Virus record (IMG/VR): IMGVR_UViG_3300033073_001635
Location: 1 to 64,000 of that record
Origin: a virus
Lineage: Duplodnaviria; Caudoviricetes
Strand: one strand, 5' to 3'
Length of the DNA: 64,000 bases
The notes below the pieces were generated by a model, which saw only the letters and a list, made by a program, of their open reading frames with translations, ran no database searches and was not told the DNA's origin. The translations under genes were made by a program, and so were the position numbers. This document shows positions 36,785 to 48,095 of this stretch, in pieces (within the stretch, counting starts at the first letter, position 1; every line of letters starts with the position of its first letter).

Positions 36785-38573
36785 CGCCTTTATAAGTATT
36801 AGTTATTTGTTCTTCTATTTCTATCAAATTTTCTATGTCATCTCTAGATGATTTTTCAGTACAATGCAAAAACATTTTATCTATTACAGATGTAGAATCA
36901 TTGTTCTTGCTTATGTTTCGCATTACTAATATGGGCACTACATAACCAATATAACTTGCATTCATATTTTTAATACTAATATTATTCATTTTAAATTCTA
37001 GAATCTCATCGTAAGAAAAATAACTTTTAATTTCATACTCTATAACAAAGTTATCCGTAATTTTTATATTTGTAAGTTTTGATAACCCTATGTAAAAGTC
37101 ATTGCAATCGTATAGATCTCCATTTAAAGATCTTTCTGAATTAGATTGAAAGCTATTTAATTTAACAAAGGTGCTACTAGAGTTGTTGCTTAAATAAATC
37201 TGATTGAAAAAAGTATTTGTAATCAATGTCCCATTTTTAAATATTCTAATACTAGTTTCCTTAGGTGGAAATAACAATTTAAATTTTAAATTTATATAAT
37301 TACTTGGCAATTCTTCAGTTCCAATAATTTGATTTACAGTATTAGAAAAAGAAATCTTTTCTCTAATCAAACTTTTAATTGGAAATGGTAATTTTTTTGA
37401 AACTTTTAAATTAGAATTTGTTTCATATTTATTCCAAAGTTTTGTATCTAAATATAATTCTGTAAAAATATCTTCATCTTCGAAAAGATAACTAATCTCA
37501 GTTTTCATTGTTTGTAATTCATTAACTTTTAAGAAATCATTAGAAATAAAAATACCTTTATCTGAATACAAAGAGTATTCAAAACTAATCAAATCAATTG
37601 AAAAATCATATATACGTCCATAAATTCCATTAATAGTTTTTTCCTCTAACCATCTGTTTAATTTAAATTCTATTTTAATTTCTTTTGCTTGAATTGTTTC
37701 GAAAAATAATTCAATATTTTCATCAATTGTTTCATTATAAGTATTAACTGTACTCCATGCGTTTCCATCAAAATATTTAATACAATCTTTAGCAAGATAT
37801 ACATTTAAACTAGAAGCCAATTTTATTTTTATAGAATTGAGAAATTCTAATTTATTAAACTTAAAATGCAAAGTTAAAACAGCATATTCTATATTTTTAA
37901 AACGATTGTAATCATCTTTTGTATTAACATGTATTAAATATCTAAAAGGTTCTCCAACAAATAATAAATTTTCTAAATTAGATTTAATTAAAACGTTTCC
38001 AAAAGTTGAACTAGACTTGTCAATTTCTAAATCTTTTACCAAAATTGAATAAGTAGCAGTTTTGTTTAAATTTAATGTTTGATTTCCAGAATCTAATAAT
38101 TCATAAATTTTAAGTTTAGTATTGTTTTTAGGATCAATTAATTTTAAAGGATTTGCTGAATCACTAAAATCGTTGATAACTAAAGTTTTGCTAGCTAAAT
38201 TTAATCTTTTACTTTTGGTTTGCAAAAGTACTTTATTTAAAAAGTAAATATCTTTGCTTATTTTTGAATCTTGAGACATTACTAAATTAACAAAACGACT
38301 TATTTCAGATTGAATTTGAATTTTTAAAAAATTATGAAAATTAATTGCAGCTTGAAACATCAATAGAGAAAAATTCATTTTTTCTATATTAAAATTTGAA
38401 TTGTTACCAAATAAAGAGAAATAGATATTGTCTTTGTCTGGAGTGAAAGTTCTATACACAGAAATAACTTTGTTAGAAATTACATCATTTGAATGTGTTT
38501 TTAATCTTTGAGCATACTCTACTAATGATTCTTGCCAAATAATTGATTTTGAAATATTTAATCTAGTTATCAT
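36765..38573 (-). CDS. baseplate-region structural protein (paralog family member)
   Basis: Same architecture as the two downstream genes (LNSIKIK...AKEIKIEF...YDFSID). Confidence 0.6.
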   Translation of the reverse strand: MITRLNISKSIIWQESLVEYAQRLKTHSNDVISNKVISVYRTFTPDKDNIYFSLFGNNSNFNIEKMNFSLLMFQAAINFHNFLKIQIQSEISRFVNLVMSQDSKISKDIYFLNKVLLQTKSKRLNLASKTLVINDFSDSANPLKLIDPKNNTKLKIYELLDSGNQTLNLNKTATYSILVKDLEIDKSSSTFGNVLIKSNLENLLFVGEPFRYLIHVNTKDDYNRFKNIEYAVLTLHFKFNKLEFLNSIKIKLASSLNVYLAKDCIKYFDGNAWSTVNTYNETIDENIELFFETIQAKEIKIEFKLNRWLEEKTINGIYGRIYDFSIDLISFEYSLYSDKGIFISNDFLKVNELQTMKTEISYLFEDEDIFTELYLDTKLWNKYETNSNLKVSKKLPFPIKSLIREKISFSNTVNQIIGTEELPSNYINLKFKLLFPPKETSIRIFKNGTLITNTFFNQIYLSNNSSSTFVKLNSFQSNSERSLNGDLYDCNDFYIGLSKLTNIKITDNFVIEYEIKSYFSYDEILEFKMNNISIKNMNASYIGYVVPILVMRNISKNNDSTSVIDKMFLHCTEKSSRDDIENLIEIEEQITNTYKGDGYVII

Positions 38574-38995
38574 TTTGCTTCTAATCCAATATAAAGAAAT
38601 TCTGCTGAATCAAATGCGTTTTTATTAAATAATAATTTTATATTAAAAAACCCAGAAACATTAATTTCTGGTGCTAATATAATTTTATTAAATTCATTTG
38701 AGCCAACATTTTTTTTAAACATAATTGGAAGATCTTCACCTATCTTTAACTCTAAACATTCTGATAATAAAATTTCATCTAACATGGATGTTGGAGTTTT
38801 ATTACTAAAAGAAAGTATATCTCCATCTAAAGAACTTGGAGTTATATAAACTCCAGGATTTACAATTAATTGATTTGATTCATTTTGAATTCTTAATTCA
38901 ATAAATAAAAGGTTTGCATTTTCAGCATCTTCAGAAAATACCATTGAACTTCTATTTAAAGCATTTCCATTTTTATCTTTTATTACAAGCATCAT
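38570..38995 (-). CDS. hypothetical structural protein
   Basis: ATGA-coupled within the tail operon. Confidence 0.55.
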   Translation of the reverse strand: MMLVIKDKNGNALNRSSMVFSEDAENANLLFIELRIQNESNQLIVNPGVYITPSSLDGDILSFSNKTPTSMLDEILLSECLELKIGEDLPIMFKKNVGSNEFNKIILAPEINVSGFFNIKLLFNKNAFDSAEFLYIGLEAK

Positions 38996-41019
38996 TTACC
39001 TACTACTATTCTATTTGAATCTAATTCGTCATTAATAGCTACAGTATATTCTTCTCTAATTTTATTTGCAATGTTTAAGTTTGTAAATAAAACTCTGTCA
39101 TTTACAGGCCTTTGAATTTGATTGATTTCTTCAACTATTTGAAATTGCCCTAAATTGTTCCATTTTTTCAATTTATAAATGCCAGGTCCTTCCCAAGTAC
39201 AAGAAATAGAATGATTAGGAGAATTATAATTTACAAAAATTTCTGGTTTTAAATAATCTGGTATCAAAACAAAATCTCTATAAAGTTCAATATTGTTTTG
39301 AATGTTTCTTTTTAAAGTTTCTAAAGTATAATCTCCACCATATTCTTTTAATAATCTAAATGGGTATTTTATAATATCAACATTATATTTTTGTAAAACT
39401 TGACCATTAGAGCCGTAACCTAAATACGATTGTAAAATATTGTAATTTCTTTGAAAAGCTGAATCTAATTCAGAGTCATTCATGTAATCATATTTTCTTA
39501 AATCAAAATTAAAAATTTGATCTTTTGTTATTTTATTATTTAATGAAACTTCAGCTAAAATTAAATAATCATTTTTAAATTGTAAATAAAAATTATCTTT
39601 AAAATAAACAGGTTCTAATTTGTAAGATATTTCAGGGCAATCAGTACCTACAATTCTGTAATCTGAATCAAGCTTTAAATGATAAAGAGCTTTAAGATTA
39701 TTAAATTGAGACATATCATATATTAAATTATTTCTAGATTTTAAAAAAAATAGATAACTGTACTCTAATACTTCTGAATTATTCACAGGATTGAAATCAA
39801 TAGTATTGTATGTGTAATCTTTGAGTTCTGAATAATAATCTATTTTATAAATATGCAATGTATTCAAAGTAAAATCTGTATAAATATATCCAGACCTTTC
39901 ATCACAAGAAAAAACCCTGTCTTTAATCCAAGTACTATCTAGATTTGAATTTGTTGTATATTTATTTAAAAGACTTCCATCTTGATTATATTCATATAAA
40001 TTAAAATGTAATTCATTTTCCTGATTGAATTTTATATTATTCAAAACGCCTAATATATTTTGATTAAGAAAATAGGTATCTTTATCAAGATAATAAGTGA
40101 TTCCAAATTCAGGATTGAATGCTTGTTTATAATACTCTGGTAACATGTAAAATTTATCAGTAAACATTTCTGTATTTGTTAATCTAACAAACCAAGGTGA
40201 ATTGCTTTTCATTCCTACAGGATTTAAAATTCTAAAAGTAGAAGCTTCATAAGGTTTAATCCAAAAACCAGTATTATTATATATATCTGAATCATTACAT
40301 AAAATTTCTAAATTTGACAATTCCCAAAGAACTTCATATTTAAAATTTAATTGCGCAGAATTCTTTTCTTTTTTAAAACGAATCAAATTCTTTTTTACAT
40401 TTCCGTAATTATCTACACTATCTAAATCAATATCTTCATAAGAAAGTTCTTTTATTATTGGTTCTGGATTTAAAATTTCATTATAAGAAAGATTGTCTTC
40501 TGTAACATATGTGACAAAAAAAACTTTGTAAAAATTATTTATCAAATCAAATGTATTCTGATAATTAGTATAAATTTGCCCTGTGATTTCATCAAATAAA
40601 TATCCAGATTCTACAATTCTATCGGAAGTGTTAGTGATAGAATGTATTGTACAGTTTATTATCTTTTTATTATTTTTAATTTTGTGTTTAAAAAATATAG
40701 GTGCTCCGTTTTTGGAAACATTAGTTATCAATATATCCTTGTAAGGTATTTCGAAAGACCTTGAATCTACAAAAAATGTATAATCTGAATTATCTATAAT
40801 CCTTCTATTATTCAGATTTGAAGATTCCCAGCTTCTATCTACTATTTTTAAATTTTTAGATGTTAGAACTTCTGGAAATTCAACATATTCTAAAGCAACA
40901 GATCTATTATCTAATGTATCTGATAGAATTATTGAATCAGAGTGATTGTTAACTATGCATTTTAAACTTAAAATTTTTTCAATTTCAATTCTGTCTATTG
41001 GAATAATAAGATTAATCAT
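38992..41019 (-). CDS. virion structural protein (baseplate region)
   Basis: 675-aa beta-rich ORF in the tail operon. Confidence 0.6.
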   Translation of the reverse strand: MINLIIPIDRIEIEKILSLKCIVNNHSDSIILSDTLDNRSVALEYVEFPEVLTSKNLKIVDRSWESSNLNNRRIIDNSDYTFFVDSRSFEIPYKDILITNVSKNGAPIFFKHKIKNNKKIINCTIHSITNTSDRIVESGYLFDEITGQIYTNYQNTFDLINNFYKVFFVTYVTEDNLSYNEILNPEPIIKELSYEDIDLDSVDNYGNVKKNLIRFKKEKNSAQLNFKYEVLWELSNLEILCNDSDIYNNTGFWIKPYEASTFRILNPVGMKSNSPWFVRLTNTEMFTDKFYMLPEYYKQAFNPEFGITYYLDKDTYFLNQNILGVLNNIKFNQENELHFNLYEYNQDGSLLNKYTTNSNLDSTWIKDRVFSCDERSGYIYTDFTLNTLHIYKIDYYSELKDYTYNTIDFNPVNNSEVLEYSYLFFLKSRNNLIYDMSQFNNLKALYHLKLDSDYRIVGTDCPEISYKLEPVYFKDNFYLQFKNDYLILAEVSLNNKITKDQIFNFDLRKYDYMNDSELDSAFQRNYNILQSYLGYGSNGQVLQKYNVDIIKYPFRLLKEYGGDYTLETLKRNIQNNIELYRDFVLIPDYLKPEIFVNYNSPNHSISCTWEGPGIYKLKKWNNLGQFQIVEEINQIQRPVNDRVLFTNLNIANKIREEYTVAINDELDSNRIVVGK

Positions 41020-41021
41020 TC

Positions 41022-44000
41022 TTATACGCCTTCTCTAGTAGAACCACTTAGTAATGTAAAGTCATTTAAAGTATTGGTTTTTATAGAATACATATTTCCA
41101 ATTGATCTGTCATGTGTTTTTGGTAATGCAGATTCTCCACTCACAGGATTATAAAAATTTACAATTTCTTTAGCAGCTAAATAGTTAATTTCAATATTAT
41201 AGAAGGCTTGAATTGGTCCCATATTGCGACGTATATCATCATAATAAAATGAATTCGCAAGCTTTCTATGTTTTACTAAATTTATAAAAACAGAATTCTT
41301 TTTAATTCTTTCTTGATATCCATCTACTGTTTTTAAAGTTGTAAAATGAAAATTATTAGTGCTGTTAACAAAATCAATTTGAATTTGAGTAAAGAATGAC
41401 CTTGGATAAAATGCCAGATTATCTACATCTCCTAAATCAAGATTAGTCACATTTGGCAAATCATTTAAACGATTTTCGTCATTCCAGTAAAATGAATTAA
41501 AGTGCTCTTTAATTTCAGAATTTAAATCATTTGTTGAATAAAATCTAAGCAAATACAACCAGTAGTCATCAAAGTATATATGATAACCTAAGGTATTGGA
41601 AATAGCTCTCATGTATTGAGGCACACTTGTAAAAACACCTTGTGTTAGACAATAATAGTCAGGTTGGATTTCTGCATTTATATCATTATTGTAAGGAATT
41701 TCTGATACAAAATCAGAAAAGAAAAAATTAACTTGTTTTTTCTTTTGAATACTTCTGTCTGATGATTTGTCACTAACGAGTTTTATAGCTAGTCTTCTTT
41801 TCAAACCCCAAGTAGAATTGTTATTATCATTTTCTTCATCATATGCACTATCAAAAACAGGTTCGTAACTAGTTGCTCCATTGGCTTCTGGATTTCGACT
41901 TTGTAAGAAATTAACAAAACCCTTACCAAAAACAATTATATTATTATCTTCTGTAAATGTGTGTTCTTCATATTTATTGAAGAAGTCTACTATGTTTGCA
42001 AATCTTTCTTCGTTAGTATCTGGTTTTGCAGATACATAAATACTACCATACTTAATTAAATCATCTTCTTGAGGCTGATATTTATCGTGTGTAATTAAAT
42101 CTTTTAAATGAGATTGTTTAGCTTTGTAAAACTTACACACTCTTTTTATAGATCTTTCAAAAGTAATTTCTCCATCTAATTCTTGTTGTAATTGTAAATT
42201 AGAAAAACCATCTATCATATCAACAACAATACCTTGATCTACTAAAACTGCATTAGCGTTATTGATTGCTTCATTTTCAGAGTTGAAAATAGAATCAAAG
42301 TCTAAAGAGAAATCATTATTAGAATCTTTTAACCAATATTTTCTCCATATCATTTTTGTTAAAATTCTTACTTTATCATAACAAAGATCTTGTCTATTTT
42401 GCATTGTCTGTTCAGTTGTATAAGAATCGGAATTTTCTAAAAATTTATGCATAGTAGTTCTATAATATAATAAATTTCTACCAGCATTACCTTCTTCATC
42501 ATATAAAGAATGTAAATAAAAATGTCTAAAGATATACTCTAAAGAAGTTGGATAAGGATTATCCTTGTACCATCTTAAAAATTTGTATTCAACAGATGTC
42601 TGATCAATCCAATCAAACTTATTATATCTTCCTAAACGATTAGAATCCCAGAATAGTAGAGCGCCTATTTCAGAAATACCAGTTGTAGATTTGATATTAA
42701 TTATATCATGATCTACACCATTTGAGTCTACGTATTGCTTATAACAATTTTGAAAATAATTTAAATTATTAGCTAAACAATTATCTCTAACGTAATCATA
42801 TGTTTTATTAAAGATTTGACGTTGATGAATTCCAACTTGAAAAGCTTCTTTATTTTGCTCAATATTTGGATTTGTAGAAGAGAAAAAAGATGCATCTTGC
42901 GCAAGATATTTGTATCTAAAATTTCCTAAAGCCCAATTATTATTACCAGTTTCATAATCAGGATTATCTTCAACTAGATGCTGAACAAAATAAACAAAAC
43001 GACCTTCTTTAGTTACATTAGTATTATCTGCTTTTGTAATTGATAGATCTTCAACAAAACGATTAGAATTATTTGAATTTAGAGTAGTTGATGCATGACC
43101 AATAGAAAAAGAAGAATCTAAAGAATTTTTAAATACAGAACGGCTATCTGTGATTTCTTCAGAATTATAATTTTCTATCTTGAATTCTTTAGATTGTACA
43201 GAAACAGAGCCTCCAAGATTAGATTGTATTTTTATTTCTTTTAAAGAGCCATTAAGATAAATGCCTTGAGAGTTTTCGTCATTTATATCTAAAGGTTTGT
43301 TAACAATATGGATTGTAGAATTATCTGTATTGGTTAACTTTATATAATTATTATTAGTTTCAACAGTTGTTTGTTCTGGTGAATGAATTACTGATTCGGT
43401 TTCTATCTGATCAATAAAAGAAGTGTCACGTAAATAATTGCTTGAAATAAAAATACTACCAAAACTATGAGTTGCAGAAGCAGAAACATCAATATACTTT
43501 ATATAAAATAAATTTCGATTTTTACTTGCTAAACGAGTTTGATCATTACTTATTAATCTAATTCCATTAGAATTTTCAGAGCCGCTAACTATTTGTAAAT
43601 TTGAATAAATATGAGCAATCCAACTAGAGATATTTGTATTTCCAACTATAGGTAACAAATTAGTAGTATCTAAATCTGCTTTTCCAAAAATAAGTTTATA
43701 ACTAGATCCAAGAACAGTAGAATTAGCAATAAGCAAATCTCCTAAAAGTTTATTGTCTTGATTCTGAACGTCTGATTGATATCTATATCCATCTCTATGT
43801 AAATATTTAGAAATTATATTATCTTTGTTTTCAGAAACATAATATTTATTAAATTCAGATTGATATTTATAAAAACCATATAATGAATTTGCATCAATTG
43901 CACGTTCTCCATAGCTAGCATTATGATCGTGTTCTATAAATTTAATTTGCAAATCATTTAAAGAAGTAGTGATATCGTTACCTACTACACAAACAAACAT

Positions 44001-45116
44001 TTGAATATTGCCGTTTAAACATTGAGCTCCAATTGTAGATGGAAGATTCACTGAAAATTCATACTTGTTTTTGTACACATATGTAAGAGTTCTAAATTCA
44101 TCACCACTTGTTCCAAAAGATTTTAAATAAATAAACCCTTCAGGAATTACATAAGAAGTTTCATTGTCTCCAGCAGCTTCTTGAAAATATTTTGGAAGTT
44201 CTAATCTTTCTTCATATAGTAATGAAGATTGGTCATTTTCAGTAGATTCATGATAACCATAAACATTTTGACCATTTTGATTGTATTTAGCCCAAGGTAA
44301 TTGAACAGTATAAAAACCTTCTGAATCTGCTGAAATGAATTTTAAATTATAAAATTTACCATTAATTTCTGGTTCATTTTTTGGAGTATTTGGGTCAGGA
44401 ATCACATTATAGGTTGCATTTTGTGGAGCAGATATATTTCCAAATCTAATAGGATTGACTTCGTATTCTAAATTAAAAGGCAATTCAGTGGGAGTTTTGG
44501 AAATAATTTTATTTGAATAATAATATTGATAGCCATTAATTGTTATAGGATGTAAATCAATAAACTTGTAATCTCCATCTTCTTCTAAAATTTCAGTACT
44601 GATTTTTAAAGTTTGATATTTACTATCTAAATCAATATCACTTAGATTAAAAATTAATTCATTTGCTTGATTAGTAAGAACTCTATCAGCAACATCTTGA
44701 ATAACTTCACATATAACAGGATACTTTAGATTTATTTCATATAAGCCTTCAGGGAATTCTTCTTTAATAATTTTACTTTCAGATCCTAGAGACAAAGGAT
44801 TTAAATTAGCTGCAGAACCTACAAGTAGAGAGAGGTTTGCAATATCAGTACCTCTTTTTATTTCTGTATTATTTAATTTATCGTTTGTTGTTTTTTGATA
44901 CCCCCAATATTTATTGGAATTAAAAATTACCGAATCAGCTTGTTGCAAATCTGAAGGTGTAGTACTTATGATTCCATTAGAAGAAGCAACTCCAGAAGCA
45001 GTTTGAAGTTGATTTATCTTTCTTTCTAAATAACCAAAAAGAGCATTAAATTTATCAGCTGATGGTCTTTCGCCATCAATGAATCTTGCTAATTTTAAAT
45101 AAGTCAAAGTGCTCAT
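41022..45116 (-). CDS. large virion structural protein, possibly fibre/spike-like
   Basis: N-terminal FIDGERPSADKFN, HDH motif, YLHRDG, central beta-repeat region. Confidence 0.6.
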   Translation of the reverse strand: MSTLTYLKLARFIDGERPSADKFNALFGYLERKINQLQTASGVASSNGIISTTPSDLQQADSVIFNSNKYWGYQKTTNDKLNNTEIKRGTDIANLSLLVGSAANLNPLSLGSESKIIKEEFPEGLYEINLKYPVICEVIQDVADRVLTNQANELIFNLSDIDLDSKYQTLKISTEILEEDGDYKFIDLHPITINGYQYYYSNKIISKTPTELPFNLEYEVNPIRFGNISAPQNATYNVIPDPNTPKNEPEINGKFYNLKFISADSEGFYTVQLPWAKYNQNGQNVYGYHESTENDQSSLLYEERLELPKYFQEAAGDNETSYVIPEGFIYLKSFGTSGDEFRTLTYVYKNKYEFSVNLPSTIGAQCLNGNIQMFVCVVGNDITTSLNDLQIKFIEHDHNASYGERAIDANSLYGFYKYQSEFNKYYVSENKDNIISKYLHRDGYRYQSDVQNQDNKLLGDLLIANSTVLGSSYKLIFGKADLDTTNLLPIVGNTNISSWIAHIYSNLQIVSGSENSNGIRLISNDQTRLASKNRNLFYIKYIDVSASATHSFGSIFISSNYLRDTSFIDQIETESVIHSPEQTTVETNNNYIKLTNTDNSTIHIVNKPLDINDENSQGIYLNGSLKEIKIQSNLGGSVSVQSKEFKIENYNSEEITDSRSVFKNSLDSSFSIGHASTTLNSNNSNRFVEDLSITKADNTNVTKEGRFVYFVQHLVEDNPDYETGNNNWALGNFRYKYLAQDASFFSSTNPNIEQNKEAFQVGIHQRQIFNKTYDYVRDNCLANNLNYFQNCYKQYVDSNGVDHDIINIKSTTGISEIGALLFWDSNRLGRYNKFDWIDQTSVEYKFLRWYKDNPYPTSLEYIFRHFYLHSLYDEEGNAGRNLLYYRTTMHKFLENSDSYTTEQTMQNRQDLCYDKVRILTKMIWRKYWLKDSNNDFSLDFDSIFNSENEAINNANAVLVDQGIVVDMIDGFSNLQLQQELDGEITFERSIKRVCKFYKAKQSHLKDLITHDKYQPQEDDLIKYGSIYVSAKPDTNEERFANIVDFFNKYEEHTFTEDNNIIVFGKGFVNFLQSRNPEANGATSYEPVFDSAYDEENDNNNSTWGLKRRLAIKLVSDKSSDRSIQKKKQVNFFFSDFVSEIPYNNDINAEIQPDYYCLTQGVFTSVPQYMRAISNTLGYHIYFDDYWLYLLRFYSTNDLNSEIKEHFNSFYWNDENRLNDLPNVTNLDLGDVDNLAFYPRSFFTQIQIDFVNSTNNFHFTTLKTVDGYQERIKKNSVFINLVKHRKLANSFYYDDIRRNMGPIQAFYNIEINYLAAKEIVNFYNPVSGESALPKTHDRSIGNMYSIKTNTLNDFTLLSGSTREGV

Positions 45117-45119
45117 ATA

Positions 45120-47237
45120 TTATTGTATCCTTAAACTAATTGCTGAAGTTAAACCTGTTGGTTCAATAGTAATATAATTTGCACCACCTAATCCAGTTGC
45201 AAAATTATATTCATCATTATTACTATTCTTTACTTTAAAACGCAATCCATTAATAAAAGAATCATTTAGAGTTTTAAAACCTTTCATATGTTGAGGTAAA
45301 TCTAAATTAACTTTTATTACATTAGAATAAATTGTATTTCCACTTCCAGGATCTATACATTTAGCTCTAATTCTACAAATCCTATTGAAATAGATTTTAT
45401 ATTTCCAAATCATATCACTAACTAATAAGTTATCATTAAACTGTAATCTATTATTAAGATATGAGATTGGTTGCAAAAGAATAAATCTATCATCTATTTG
45501 TTTATATAACAATCTTTCAACTAAAGGGTATTTGTTTTCATCATTTGTAGAATCAGAATTTAAATTAGCAAAATAAGTATCTGGATCTTGAATTAATTCA
45601 AGCCCATTATATTTAAGAATAGTGAATAAAGTAAAGAAGCTTCCACTAAAATTAAATTTAGAATCATTTATATAAATTTGGTTTGCTTCTATTTGACTTG
45701 GATCTATTGTTATAAACATAAAGCTATCATCGTAAGGAGCGTTTACTTTTGTTTTTGATTCTCCAAAATAATTTGAATTAACACTTATAGTTTTAGCATC
45801 TCCTTCAAATAAAAGATTAATATCTTTATCTACTATTTCAAAAGTAACTAAAATGTCTTTCACTTTGTTTCCTGCAGTATTCAAACAAGTAGCTTGCAAA
45901 TCCAAATAATCACTTCCTAAACACAATGATTCATAAATTTGCGCTTCATTTAATTCTTTATTAGAACATATCAAATCAATTTTGTTTACATGCTTTTCAT
46001 ATGGAGAAATTTGTAAAATGCCATATTGCTTTGAAAGTTTCAATGGATTCAAATCAAGTTCATATTCAATTCTTTTTGCATTATTAATTTCTACATCTAA
46101 TCTAGCTGAATTTACATCATAAAATAAATAAAATTTTTCTAATTCACTAGTATTATTGTATGCATGATAATACTTTACTTGATTTATTTGTTCATTAGAA
46201 TGAATGGCTTCTCCAGAGATTAGAGTTAACTGATTTAAACTATTATTTGTTTTTTCTACATATTTATAAATAGACGTTTGGTTAATCACAATTAAACCTT
46301 CAACATCCCAATCAAAAATATTTTCAAAAAATGTTAAAGATATTAAATTATCAAATTTATCAAAAAATGAATCCTTAATAAAATATTGTTTATTTAAATC
46401 TACAGAAGTCCCAGAAGTAATAATTAATCCTTTTTCAGGCAAAACATAAAAACAATTTCTTTCAATTGGCTCTGCTTCTAAAAAATTATCTACTTTATGC
46501 CAAACTTTAACATCATTACTATAAATATCTATAGAAAATAGTCTTAAACGACTAACATCTATAGGAAAGTAATTTGTGTAAATAAGCCTTTTAGTACCAT
46601 TTCCTTTAAATTTATATTCTCCAAATTGATTTATGAAATCAGCAGTTGGATTTTCAATATCACTGTATTTTCCGCAGCTAAAATTTTTATTTATACTAAT
46701 AGTATTAGTTTCGAAATCATAAGAGTAATTAAAATCTGAATTGCTATCATTTTCAAAATCTATAAATTTAATATTATTAAAATTAGAATCTCTTTTAAAA
46801 ATAGAAACTTCTATTGTTTCAGCTTTTATATCACTTGGCAAAGTATAATTTATCTCAGGCAATAAGACTTTAACAAAAGATTCATCACTATACAGTTTTC
46901 TAGATTTATCAAATAGAGTATAAGTTCCGGTATTTACTATTGGGTAAATTGAATCTTTTTTAAAAGACATATCTTCAAAATTACATTCAGCAATTACTCC
47001 TCCATCCCAATGTTTATCAGAAGTACCTTCTATTAAATTGTAATTAAATCCACCAATAGAAGTAGTAATTTGTTCTCTAATGTTTTCATTACTAGTAAGT
47101 AACGTTCTGTTAGTAATTGCTGATTTTACTTTTTCTTCAATAGAATAAATTCCAGTTAAAGGAAAATACTCTTTTTCTTCATAAACAAAAATATTCAAAG
47201 GAATTGTTTGCTGTACTAAATTCATTACTTGCCCCAA
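45120..47237 (-). CDS. virion structural protein with an Ig-like (Big_1-type) segment
   Basis: LQATCLNTAGNKVKDILVTFEI...SNYFGES. Confidence 0.55.
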   Translation of the reverse strand: MGQVMNLVQQTIPLNIFVYEEKEYFPLTGIYSIEEKVKSAITNRTLLTSNENIREQITTSIGGFNYNLIEGTSDKHWDGGVIAECNFEDMSFKKDSIYPIVNTGTYTLFDKSRKLYSDESFVKVLLPEINYTLPSDIKAETIEVSIFKRDSNFNNIKFIDFENDSNSDFNYSYDFETNTISINKNFSCGKYSDIENPTADFINQFGEYKFKGNGTKRLIYTNYFPIDVSRLRLFSIDIYSNDVKVWHKVDNFLEAEPIERNCFYVLPEKGLIITSGTSVDLNKQYFIKDSFFDKFDNLISLTFFENIFDWDVEGLIVINQTSIYKYVEKTNNSLNQLTLISGEAIHSNEQINQVKYYHAYNNTSELEKFYLFYDVNSARLDVEINNAKRIEYELDLNPLKLSKQYGILQISPYEKHVNKIDLICSNKELNEAQIYESLCLGSDYLDLQATCLNTAGNKVKDILVTFEIVDKDINLLFEGDAKTISVNSNYFGESKTKVNAPYDDSFMFITIDPSQIEANQIYINDSKFNFSGSFFTLFTILKYNGLELIQDPDTYFANLNSDSTNDENKYPLVERLLYKQIDDRFILLQPISYLNNRLQFNDNLLVSDMIWKYKIYFNRICRIRAKCIDPGSGNTIYSNVIKVNLDLPQHMKGFKTLNDSFINGLRFKVKNSNNDEYNFATGLGGANYITIEPTGLTSAISLRIQ

Positions 47238-48094
47238 TAGCTATTTGATAGTTTTAATAATTCATTATAATATTTTGCACCAGTTTGATTAAGTCTTTTA
47301 TGTTCCAAAGTAGAAGAATCATACTTTACTTTATCTAAAACAATTTCATCAAACTGTTTATTTTCATAGTTTATAATTTCAAAAGCATTAAGTTTTAAAA
47401 TTACAGGGTAATTTGAATAAAAATAATTAACTTGTTCAATAGGATCATTGTAATATCTCACTAATGTACTTGTTATATTATCAAAATAATACTTACTATC
47501 ATTATTAAGTTGACTAACAGGAACTTCAATATACTCTTTTTGAGAATTATTAAAAAATAAATCAAAAATATAATCGTCTGGAAGTTTTTGACTATGATAA
47601 TTCATCAAAGGATATGCTTCTTTAAAAATTAAAGTGTCTATTTTTATTATTTTGGAAGTTTGTAAATACTCCCAAGAATTATCAAATTTCATTACTTTAA
47701 TTTTAAATAATTTAAATCCATCTTCTGTTTTTAAAGATTCCATCCAATTAAAAAAATCTATTAAAAATTTAATTTCTTTATATTTAATAGTATAGTCAGC
47801 TTCTGTATTTAAAGAAAGACTAGATTGTCTCCAAACTTGAATATCTAATAAATTAAATTTAATTCTAGGAGGATCATATCTTTCTACAGATTGAGTAATT
47901 TCAAATAAATTTTGCTCAATATTTTTTGTACAAAAACCCAAAGCAGATATAGTATCTCTTTTTTTATTTATAAAATTCATTGCAAGATTTAATCTTTTAA
48001 AAAAAATTTGATTCGTTTCTCCATTTTCTTTCTTTATACCTAAAGAGTAACCTTTTTCAGCAATTGAATTATCTAATTTCATTTTATAGATCAT
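47225..48094 (-). CDS. hypothetical baseplate-region protein
   Basis: 289-aa ORF in the operon. Confidence 0.55.
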   Translation of the reverse strand: MIYKMKLDNSIAEKGYSLGIKKENGETNQIFFKRLNLAMNFINKKRDTISALGFCTKNIEQNLFEITQSVERYDPPRIKFNLLDIQVWRQSSLSLNTEADYTIKYKEIKFLIDFFNWMESLKTEDGFKLFKIKVMKFDNSWEYLQTSKIIKIDTLIFKEAYPLMNYHSQKLPDDYIFDLFFNNSQKEYIEVPVSQLNNDSKYYFDNITSTLVRYYNDPIEQVNYFYSNYPVILKLNAFEIINYENKQFDEIVLDKVKYDSSTLEHKRLNQTGAKYYNELLKLSNSYWGK

Positions 48095-48095
48095 T

